NCBI GenBank assembly: GCA_028023455.1
Contig: JAQFVV010000010.1
Location: 16,678,001-16,742,000, forward strand
Length of the DNA: 64,000 nucleotides
Origin: Epiperipatus broadwayi
Lineage: Eukaryota > Animalia > Onychophora
Direction of reading: 5' to 3'
Position numbers and translations under genes: made by a program. Below are positions 53,437 to 64,000 of the stretch, in pieces. The notes under the pieces are model-generated. The model worked only from the letters and a program-made list of their open reading frames with translations, made no database searches and was not told where the DNA came from. Within the stretch, counting starts at the first letter, position 1, and every line of letters starts with the position of its first letter.

Positions 53437-53977
53437 TTAAATTCAAATGTTATCTCTTTACAACATATTTCCATAACATGTTTTAATTTTATTATCGGTA
53501 TTTCTTTATATTTGCTGCCATTTCTATTAATTTTTCTACATTCAAATTTGTATACAATGACACTCTATCTATCTTAACCATTGTCAAGCTATATTTTTAT
53601 TGCTTATTAAAAATCTTTATACTATACTAATTTTTAAATTATGTATTTTACAGATGGATATATATTAAGATAATTGTATTTAAAACAAATAAAGTATGAA
53701 TTATTATCTGCTAATTCATGCTATCTGAGTTGTACAAAAATATTTCTTATCTATAAAAGACTTTCATTCTATCATTTTTTATTTATTTATCATTTATTTT
53801 CTCTAGACCTTTGAAAAATTCTAGATAGAGTTCACTCTATAAGAAATTTCAAAATGCAATGCTATGATTTATTTTTGTGAAAATCAAAACCAATTACAAT
53901 AATTAATGTAGCAGAATCAAAAATTGTAATAAATTAAAGTTGTACAGAAAATGATCATGTATATGTTATCAGTTAGT

Positions 53978-54490
53978 TGACAAAAACATTTCTAACGTTA
54001 GCTAAGGAAAAGGTTTATTCTGCATCTTTATTTATTAACAGTAACTGAGAGTACTTTCGGCTAGAGAAGCCAGATTAATAGCACTCATAAGGTAGCTGGT
54101 ATGCTGCAATAGTTCTAGATAAAATGCTAATTATTTAAATTAATGATATGCTGCAATATTTATAGATAAAATGCTAATTATTAGTTTAAATAATTAGCAT
54201 TTTACCTATAAATATTGCAGCATACCAGCTCTGATGATGACTGCAGGGCAGTCGAAACTGTTAGTTTGATGTAAATAAAAGTATTGATAAAATGTTTAAG
54301 AAAGGTGTAAATGGCTATTTTATGAATGCTATGAATCTGACTTCTCTAGCCTTTTACCAATTAATATTGCAGCATACCAACTACCTTACGAGTACTATGA
54401 ATCTAGAGTCTCTGGCCAAATGCATGCTCAGCTAATTGTTAATAAATAGAGATACGGAATAAACCTTTTCCTTAGAAACATTTTTTGGCA
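53978..54490. repeat. Nested fold-back structure containing the best hammerhead copy
   Basis: Outer arms at about 53978-54112 and 54365-54490 (ctaaggaaaaggtttattc / gaataaaccttttccttag; ggtagctggtatgctgcaata / tattgcagcataccaactacc). There is an inner hairpin at about 54147-54226, a tandem duplicate at 54100-54180 and a partial extra arm at 54325-54351. Confidence 0.85.
54227..54266 (+). ncRNA. Minimal type-I hammerhead ribozyme candidate (PLE-type)
   Basis: AGCT [stem I] CTGATGA T GACTGC-AGG-GCAGTC [stem II] GAAA C-T-G [vestigial helix III] TT / AGTT [stem I']. All core nucleotides are present; predicted cleavage is after GUU at 54262. Confidence 0.7.
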
Positions 54491-57400
54491 ATTAATTACA
54501 AACAAGATAAGAAAAAGGATAACAACTTCGAATATTTTCTTATCAAATTACTAACAGATATGCAGATAGTTTTTTTCTTTCAATCTATTATTAATGAATA
54601 GTAATTTTATTTTAAAACTTGTTTGTTTTATTTAAGTTAGGAATAATATTATAATGAGGATATAAAGTATGTGTAAATATTATATGAGAATAATTATTAT
54701 AATATATGAATGCATTATTTACATATTGTGATAAGGAGGCATTACTGCTTAGTTAAAGTTTAACAATTAACGCATACAGAACTGAGTATGTGCAGTTTTC
54801 TCATATGAATATGAATTAAGTAGACAAAATATAGAGATTAGGCACAAATTGATGTCGGTAGTTGAAGTTTATCATAAGCATGTTGTTTTTTTATATATCA
54901 ATATACTTCACCATCTATACTTCATAAAATTATTTTATACTGAAGTGATATATATGTGCTTCTCATATATAATTTTAAAAAATTCATTAGGAATTTTTAA
55001 ATTAAAAATTTTTAACATTTTGCTAGGCAGAAAATATATATATAAGTATATTAAGCCGCATTAATTCTAAACTGAGTTAAGTAATTGAATTGAGAATTCC
55101 ACGTGCAGTCATTATTGCATCTGATTGGCTATCACATAAGCATTTTTTAAGACGATTCTGTCGAAGGTTTTAGCCTTTCACGTTATTATTAGATCATCTG
55201 CTAGCGCTTAATAAATTTAATATATTTAATTAACAATTGTAAAGATTTGATAATCAGGTGAGTGGAAATGACATTATGTTGATAAAAGTAATTAAATTCT
55301 AGATAAACCAATTGGCTAATTAGGAGATAAATGTTATAGTTATTTAGTCAAAACATTGAGTTTTATTTTGTTATAATCCCTTTTCAAAGCTAATTTTGTA
55401 AAGTCTGTAATTGGTCAGGAAGCCATGAACTACAGCAAAGTTTAGGACTAATCTGCAACCAGTGGATGGATCTTGAAATTGAACCACGATGCAAACAGAT
55501 AAGGTAGCTCGGTGAATTATAAATAGGGATCTCTCAAAAGATCGATTACCACGACTATGCTTGGTTATATTATGCTTTGATTTTTCATTCATTCATCCTT
55601 TTTTGACCATCAGAAGCAGTGTTAAACTATAATGACAGAGTAAAGAAGCCTGCTGTAGGCTCCACTATGGCCACGCTGGCAAAGTGCGAGCTTAGTTCCA
55701 TCATGAAGTAGAGAAGTTGCTGTAATGTACTAAACAACCAATACATTTATTGTTGTGTCTAGATTATATGTGAACTGTATGCACCTAACTTCAAAAGTGT
55801 CTATGGCTTTGGGAAAGAGACTAGCCATTATTCAGTGAGAAAACACTGACAGATACTGTCCATTGAAGAAAATAGAAATGCATATTAATGAAGATTGTGT
55901 CAATCAGCAAGTATGATCTCGGAAGCTTCACAGAATACCAGAAAACATAGCTATGTTATATCTACTATGCCACAAAAAGTCTACAGATACCTGAATTCAC
56001 AACTTGAAATATTAAAAATGAATTTTAATTATATACTCTTATGACTTTATCTCACTGACATATATATGTTTAGAAATCAGAATGGCGGTGGATTGCTTAA
56101 TTTTATTAAATGCACCACGGTTCAGTCAGCCTAACATAAAAAAAATATTTGCAACAAAATAAATAGTCAATTATTACAAATCCTTGCCATTCGCTAAAAG
56201 TTTCTTTAGTATTATTTTGTTAATTATTTTAAAGTAAGAGTTAATAATAATCATTTCCAGTAGCCTTCAATATATTAAGAATTAGAATAACAATTTAACC
56301 ATTAACATAATTAATAAAAATTAATGACCTCTGGGTGGAATAAATGGCTGCATAGACAAAGTAAGTAAATTAAAAAAGATTGTTTTTCATAGTTATAAAA
56401 GTTTACAGTTTCAAGTAAAATACCCTCACAGGTCTGGTATAAGCAGGCATGGAAAAGGATACTTGTGTATTAAATTTTCTTGAGTACTATTATTATGTAC
56501 TATTATTTTAGGCAATTTTGTATATATAAAATTTTATTATCCATAAACAAGTGTGAAGCAGATGCATTCCTACTGCTCACACTCAGCGACTTGGTATTTA
56601 TCCGGTAGACACCCATTACTACCATATATGTGTTATATATTCGACTGTTTATAAATAAGTGTAATGAAAATGTTCCTGCATTATTTAATTGGTAGACGCC
56701 AATTCCTAGAAATTAGTTTATAAGTTTCAATCAGTAATGCCAGGTAGATGCGTAATTCCTATCTGGACATTTGGTAATATTTAGTTTCCCTTATTCGAGT
56801 TGGTTGGTATTTGTCCAAGCCTACAGCCTGAAAGAATTATATTAGTCTAATTTTTTTAATAGTATAGTTTACTAAATGATTTTTAGCGTCTTAAAACTGG
56901 GTAATATTAATAAATATTATTACAGTTAGTCTGTACAGCAAGTCTGTATTTTTCCAGAGACTATTAAGATGCATAAGGTCATATATTATCCGTGCATAAT
57001 AAAGCAATCAATATCTAATCATTAATTTTTCATCAAACTATTAGGGCAGTCATATAAAACAGTAGATTATTAAGTGTTGTTATTCTAAAATCAATCCCAG
57101 GTAAAAAAACAATAGATGAATGTTTCCCAAGGATTTCTGTCATTTGTGTTATTATTTGTTTCGTCATTACGTAAATAAATTGTTATTTCTCATTATTCTA
57201 GCATTTGTCATTTATGGCAATCAATAACGGGAATTAAAATATAATAAGAACCTCTTGCATCTAACTGAGTCTAGCACGATGTAAAGTTTGCGATCATGAA
57301 ATGTCTGAATGTGGCACTACATAAAAATTACCCTGGGGTAATTTTCAGGTTAGCTATTAGACTGTTACAATATATATCTAACGAACGATAAATATATAAA

Positions 57401-57831
57401 TGATACTCAAAGTTTATTGTTTGAAAATTCATAAAAACTGATGGATTGAAACCTTAATCTATGGATTTTGTGCTGCAGATTCCATCACTGCATTAAACTA
57501 TATAAGGCAAAATGTTACGGCTTTATTGTTCAAGAGTTCACCAAAAAAAGTTCAAGCATCAGAAGCGATAGAGCTAGCATGTGATCAACGAACGTTGACT
57601 TTCAGAATACAACTTATTACATCAATTAAAAATATCCTGACTGACTGACTGATGGATTTTAACTGCTCGGCTGAACACTATTGTTATATTTAATGCCTTT
57701 TTTTTTCTTGTTGCCACTTCATGTCTTGTAAGTGAATGCTTAGCATTGATTATTTACCGATTTTGTTTTTTTGTCGAATTTTTTTCTTTACAAATTGACA
57801 TATTAAAACATTTCTTAATCTTTAAACTTAC

Positions 57832-58080
57832 CTTCCCTGGAATAAAACAGCATAAATTCATGTCCACATATTTCAAAAAGGTCATGCTTAAAAGAGACAG
57901 TCTAGTTTCTATAGCTGTGAGAATATCACAGTGCCGTGCCAACGGATGATTCCTTCTTTCAGATTCTCTCCTTGGTAATTGTGATTTTACCCTGCGCAAA
58001 ATTGCAGCATGGTAGCGATCAACTTTTGCAAAGCCTTTATTTAAAAGTTGTTGACAAACTGAATCGAAGAGTTTACAAAT
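57832..58080 (-). CDS. FBXO28: F-box only protein 28, internal coding exon (ICKLFDSVCQQLLNKGF...VKSQLPRRESERRNHPLARHCDILTAIETRLSLLSMTFLKYVDMNLCCFIPGK)
   Basis: T-rich AG acceptor at 58082-58081 and GTAAGT donor at 57831. The exon is 249 nt (83 codons), phase 0/0, with very high similarity to FBXO28 VCKRMDLVCQRMLNQGF...QLPRRESERRNHSLARHADIL...CCFIPGK. Confidence 0.95.
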
Positions 58081-59649
58081 CTAAAAAAAAAAAAATTGAA
58101 ATTTTAAAAATGAATTGTTTTGTTAAAAGTTTTTAAAACTTCAAATAAAGATTTATTATTATATATTACATAGTCTGCTAAAAGTAGTTTCGGATTTCAA
58201 AAACTTGTAAAAAGAGACAAAAAAAAAAGGCACTGGTTCATTATTAATGGTATTTAACAAGACTTGACAAAAGTTATTATATCTCATTATAAAATCCCGT
58301 AATTACAGCTGTCCATAAATTTAAACAACTATAACAAATGCCCATATGAATGTGTCAAAATAACACAAAAAAAAAAAAATCCTTCAAAATGTGTACTAAA
58401 CCTTCACTAAGTGTTTAACTGGAAGCATACACTGTTATAAACAAATGTGCGGTTTTTAGCAGTTAAAATAAAAATATGCTTTAAATATGCATATATTTAT
58501 ACCTTGGATAAACTAACATATTTCTAAAAATTAAAATGTTTTCTTGATATTAGATTTTAGCTATGGTTGAACAATAAAACATTTAAACAATAACAGAATG
58601 CCAAACTAAAATATATTACAAATTTGAATAAAAAAAATAAGTGCATCAAGACTATTAAGTATTTTCTATTTTTTATTTCATTAAAGTTACTGCCTGATGT
58701 ATTGGTGTCTGAAGTATTAGCATGATATGGCCCTAGATTCAGTCTCTGAGCAGAACCAGAAAATATTAGAGAGATGAAAATTTCCATGAAAAATGTTGGT
58801 ACTTGTGAGTAAGCCAAGATGGTAGCTCGTATTTGATAAATGTAGTTTTGAAGGCCTATAATCTACCAAAGATGTATTAGTTGTTAAATCAAAACAAAAT
58901 GAATAAATCAACTGTTAAATTTAAAAAAAGGAATAATTCTGATAGATTTCATTAAGATTTCAATTTTTTTTACTTATAATGTGTATCAGCAGTTTTTTTG
59001 GTAAATTGTCATAGTGATAAAAATTTGGGACCTTCCAATCATAGAATGTGATGCAGTGGACTATTTCCAATCTGCCCTCTCAAAAAGTGTGCATTAATGG
59101 TCATTATATGATTGCATGCCACCATCATGAATAAAGTGTAAATATTGTATTTTTTTTTTTTCATTTTTCTGTTAACAAATGAATCCAAAAAAAACCAGAA
59201 AATAAACAGCAAATATTGTAATTAATTTTTCCACAATGATTTCTTTTTTTAAAATAACAGTAATAAAAAATAAAATGTAAATATTAAATGTGTTTCCTAG
59301 CAGGCATTTAGATTTAACAAAAATATGGGTTGCCATATTGGTTTACTTGAAATCTCATGGAGTACCAAAATTTTAAAATTATTTTCATACACCCCCCCCC
59401 CCCCCTTTGTGTTTAAAAACTTTACAATATATAAAGAAATATACAAATAGAAGTTAATAAGTTAAATAGCTAGCCTCTGAATAGCTAAAAAAATATGGCA
59501 TAGGCACAACAGTGATTATACAAAATAAAAGCATGAGAATAATTCTACACACTCCTAACTTATTATAATTAAGTTCATTACTTATATATATGATAGCATT
59601 AGAATAAAATTACGATAAAACAGAAGGCATATTATAAAAAATCTGTTAT

Positions 59650-62600
59650 TCAGCTACTAGTTTTTTGGTAGCTCCATCAAAACTAAAGTAGAGATAGTTT
59701 ATTCTAGTTCTCCACCCCCAACAAAAAGAGCATATTACTTTTCTAAAGTTTTCTATTTTATTCTTGATTTAATTCTTTCTAATCGAACATACTGTTCTTT
59801 ATAAATTAGATTATTGTTTAACTATATTTCTTCACTAATAATTTGCTAATCTATTTTTCTATAACATTTTTTATTATTAATAACACCTTATATATATATA
59901 TATGACATCTGTCATTCCTAAAGTACGAAAAATTATGGAATTATTCTATCACATATCCTTCAATGTGTTTTAGTTGGTTTTTAATTCTTTGAGGTTTGTG
60001 ACTTAATTCTATTTCCCATTTCTCTTATTTTTCAACTTATGATGATTCTTTTCATGGATAAATTTCTTTTACTATTGTTAAAAAATGTGAAACTTTAACA
60101 TCTTCAGGAGATTGTTTTATCCCTCTCATATTTTGAATCACTTTGTCAGATTCGGTTAAAAATGATTTGCGTGTTTATATTCTCCCCATATCTTCAGTTC
60201 TTATAATGACAATATTTTGAAATATAATTTTTTTCTGTATTCACATTTTTTTCAAACTATCTCTAACTCATATCTTATTATCATATATTTAATTATATAT
60301 TCTGTTGAAGATAATTACCAGGATTAATAAAGACAAACTTTCCTTCCCATTAGCAACTGCTCTGAAGGATCTTTTAGAGTTGAAAGTATTGTATATATGG
60401 CTTCATATACTGTATATCATTAAGCTTTGTTTTTAGATCATGAATTTTCAGATAGGCCATTTGATCTTTAAAGTGATAGTGGTGAATATTCCTTCAGTTT
60501 ATCTACAAAAAAATAATGACACCCCATTATTTATAATCAACAATCTCTGGTGATGTGAAAAGATCTCTGAGAGGTCTTTTCAGCATTTTTTGGGAGCTGG
60601 TATAGTTTATCACTCAATATTCTGCCCAGCAAAAATATGTTATCAAAAATAATTTGTGGTCCACATGTACTCTTTGTCAGAGGCCATGCCTGATATTCCT
60701 TTGCAGGTAGTCTAATCTCTTTGACAGAGGCTAACATATTTAATTTTTCTTCAATATCCCTTGTCACCAACCATAACATACTAAGGCTTTAGTTTTAACA
60801 ATTTCTATATGTCCTTCATGAATTAGCCATAACTTTTTTTCTTTTTCTTATATAATATCATTATCTTATCATCCATTATATATCCCTTTAATATAGATAA
60901 TTCTCTCAGAATAGCTAAAAATGGTTATCTATTATCTATTTTATTAGCATTTGATAATCGTATTCTTCTGAATCCATTTTGCAATAGTTTTATTGTTTAC
61001 ATTTCATTTTTCATACACTTATAAAATTTATATCTGCAATTTCTTAGCTCTAGGTTAACTGGAAACTTGAATAATGCATTACATAAATATATTACTAAAA
61101 AATATTTTCAATAAGTTTGTTGTCTAAGTCTATGACCAAGTTGATTTTCAAGCCACACAGATAGTGGTTCTTCTCAGCCTTAAATAGTGTGCAAATATAG
61201 GCTACATGTCTTACGAACAATCACTTTAACAATTCCACATATGAAAGCATTTGTAAACACTTGTCAATTTTTTCTTCTTCTTTAAATCATAAATTTTTCC
61301 CTTCACCGAAAACTTCAGATAAACTGATTAAGGCTTAAAAAATCTGCAAATCCTTTACTGAACTTGGACTTTTTGCATTCATAAATGATTTGAACTTTTA
61401 CAGATGGTGATTCCTCTATCTGTGAAATCATATAGCCTAAAAACTATAACCTGTATCTTCCAAATTCCTTAAATCAACCACATATTTTCTTTATTCTTTC
61501 ATTTAACATTTCTTCTAATATAAATCTTGCTAAGATATTAATGAAATCATCCAGTCTATGCCTTTTAAACATTTGTCAATCGTTGACTGGAATATATTAG
61601 GGGAGATTCCAAATGACAAGTTAATACTCTTACAAAGGTCAATGTCAGTGATTAAGATATTAAGTTTGCAAACTCTTCATTCATAAAAATTTTTTAAAAG
61701 TGGTCCTTAGGTCTAGTTTTTGCAATGATGAGCAGTTTTGGAGTAAGAACAATATATCTTTTACATTTGGTACTTCCAGAGATATTTATTGACTATCATA
61801 TGCACTGGATTTTAAAATCATAGCAAATGTTGCCCAATTGCATTTTTCAGTTGAGTACTCCATCCTCTACAAACTCTGATAATTTTCTTATCTCAAACTA
61901 TGAATGATAACTTACTGATCTGCAATTGTCTTTTTAGTCATTAATTCTACCAGGTTCATTTTTATATTTCAATTGGTCTTCCTTAAATAGATATTGAGAA
62001 TCTGGCTTCATATTCTCTTATTTCTATTTGTTAAATAAGACTTAATTTAATCCTCGTTTATCCAAATGATTTTTGTCCTAGCTGTAACTTTATTTTTTTT
62101 ATTTTTCAATCTTATTGGTTTTCTCGGTTTAGTTTTCAATTATATCTTTTATTATAAATCCTTTTCTCTTACGATGTGATTCAAACCCAATGTTTTGATT
62201 ATTAACTTAATATAGCTAGAACTTTCCTTTTTTATTTTTCAATCTTACTGATGCTCTCACTTGTCCTAATATTTTAATTAAGTTTTCATTTATATCTCTT
62301 GTCATAAAGCCAGTTTCCTACGATGTTTTCAAATCCATTTTTATTTGTGATATTTTAGTTTTTTAACAACATAATTAATTGCCTAAAGTTGTCTAATTCC
62401 ATCTGAGTTTTAATTCCACATACATTTGCTATAGTTAATTAAAGATTTATTTTTAAATTTTCCTCCCAGCATACTGGTTTTAGATAATCTCAGCATTTAT
62501 ATGTTCGACATTTCTTCATTTCCATTTATAAGCCATGCTTTTTTCATAATAGTAGCAATAAATTTTTTTCAAATGTTTCTCTCCTTTGTTAAATTTCTTT

Positions 62601-62900
62601 TTACTGGCATTAATTTTCTAAATAGCCTGCTCTTTATTTTGGTCTATAAATAGCTCAAGTTATTTCCTTGCATAATGCTTCCTTAGTAACTGTTATTGTG
62701 AACTTTTTCAGCATTCGTATTGGAAATTGTTCAACAGTGCTTTCATATATTCAATTAAATACATAACTTTTCTTATACTCCACTGCTAAATCATAACCCA
62801 CCATATTCTCATATGCTGTCTTCTCCAAAATGTAATTTTGCAATATGTTGGGTCAGTTTAAAACTGAAATAATATCCTATTTATTTTTTGCTTCTCTATT
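59650..62900 (-). mobile_element. Heavily decayed Ty3/gypsy pol remnant (RT, RNase H, integrase)
   Basis: Motifs in gypsy order on the minus strand: FGISPNIF (about 61600), RLDDFI (about 61550), FLGY (about 61440), L.KAEKN (about 61170) and integrase RSNGLSEN (about 60460). No LTRs were recognised. Confidence 0.6.
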
Positions 62901-63779
62901 CATGTATTCCTCTAGTTTCTAGGGTTACAGAACTTTCAGAAAGATAATCAAGATCACAAATAAGTTACCTTAATGACTAAAAAACAAAACACCATGAGTT
63001 TCCTAAAAGAAAAATTTGACTACGATCCATAAATTTGTTATCATTTACTTTATACACTGAATTCTTTGTGTGTGAGCCTATCCCAATATTATTGCCTACT
63101 AATTTGACTCAATTCTGCTGTATCCACATCTGATTCTGTTAATAATTTTTGAATCCATGACTAGTAATTTTTTGTTCCATTAAATATTTTATGACTATTA
63201 ATACTGCGATTGCTAATTCAGAGCATATTAACAAATTTCGTCATTATAATAATAGAAAAAAGTTTCCGTTAATTAAAATTCACATATATAATGAAATGGG
63301 TGCAGAAAGGAGTTTGCTATTAACTGAAAGGAAACCCTTTGATTCCTTTTGGAGGCCTTAAAGGACCGAGTAAGGCAAATTCCTAATGTCCACTCCATAT
63401 GTTCTTGTTGTTGCAGCTGTTATTACTATGTGATTATTCATATAGTATAAGAACTTGGATGGGCTGCTCACCAACATGTATTAGCCAGCGTGGTGAGTTA
63501 ATTGGCTTTTTATCTCTAAGTTTAAGATCAAAAAACACCTGGACTTTCTTCTCAGTTGCCTGATAAGACAGAATGAATGTGTGTATGAATGAAAACATTT
63601 TTTCTAATAGATATATACAATCATGACAGACAAAAATAAATAATGCCCTTATTCCCAGGAGGCTGTAAAATCATCAGATAAAGCAGCGGTTGGTGGCTGA
63701 AGGCAAGAGGATGCCAAGAATCCTCAGATTGTGAACCCAGGCTGCTATTTGATGAATTTTTATTTAGATACTTATAATT

Positions 63780-64000
63780 GCAAATTACTTTCAAGTGAAG
63801 AAGATTGCAAGAATTGTCTTATATTAAATGAGACAGTATTGGAATTTGTGAAGTTAGAAGAAAAGATGAAGAGACAATAGATTTAAAAAGTGGATATATA
63901 CTCTACTACAAAGGTACAGATATTGGAAGGATTCATTATAAATAAAAAATGGAAGAACAACATTGTGGAGATTGATGGGAATGACGAGATTATTTATTCA
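63780..64000 (+). mobile_element. RTE-type LINE APE endonuclease N-terminus, running off the window
   Basis: VLGICEVRRKDEETIDLKSGYILYYKG...GFIINKKWKNNIVEI-like translation, typical of RTE ORF starts. Confidence 0.65.

Larger units (their letters stand above)
51000..53620 (-). mobile_element. 5'-truncated, decayed Penelope-like element (RT + GIY-YIG endonuclease) interrupted by a piggyBac MITE
   Basis: Motifs in order on the minus strand: DRVSLYTN (about 53560), TFEF/NGEYFKQ, IGGALSGILSNIYMEGME, KYVDDY (52445-52434), YLDILL..T.VYKK, INGIYEL (about 51835), KYIGETKNSIYTRLIKH (51782 downward) and NLNRD. This is the canonical PLE motif order. Confidence 0.88.

Noticed and set aside
57324-57345. 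Short perfect hairpins (AAAATTACCC/GGGTAATTTT here; also near 27722-27779 and 34578-34610)
   Set aside because: Arms of 10-12 bp are expected occasionally in AT-rich repeat-rich DNA, and there is no supporting context.
58557-58911. Two short minus-strand ORFs as the missing FBXO28 first exon
   Set aside because: There is no F-box-like sequence. GNFHLSNIFW looks more like a decayed LINE APE motif (GDFN...W).
1-64000. CRISPR arrays, operons or other prokaryotic systems
   Set aside because: There are no regularly spaced repeat-spacer arrays. The spliceosomal introns and eukaryotic TE content show this is animal-type nuclear DNA.
1-64000. Most remaining 60-110 aa ORFs in the supplied track
   Set aside because: They are low-complexity F/I/L/K/Y-rich translations of AT-rich DNA, or alternative/antisense frames of TE remnants, and many start at non-ATG codons.

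Overview
This is very AT-rich, repeat-laden eukaryotic DNA, most likely from an invertebrate animal; the taxon cannot be fixed from the sequence. It holds the 3' parts of two convergent multi-exon genes. On the + strand are the last three coding exons of a steroid 5-alpha-reductase (SRD5A1/2-like; 1342-1443, 11970-12120, 17719-17785). On the - strand are three coding exons of FBXO28 (58080-57832, 38805-38598, 31037-30478). The 5' exons of both genes were not found. The introns and the intergenic gap are filled with decayed transposons: RTE and other LINE fragments, two deleted mariners, hAT, pogo/Tigger and piggyBac MITEs, a gag-only LTR element with a related solo LTR, a gypsy pol remnant, and a Penelope-like element (RT + GIY-YIG). 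There is also a tRNA-Gly(TCC)-like copy. The most striking non-gene signals are a set of minimal type-I hammerhead-ribozyme-like motifs (best copy 54227-54266) tied to the Penelope element and to fold-back repeats, and many long inverted duplications, one of which brackets the tRNA. All alignments and translations were done by eye.
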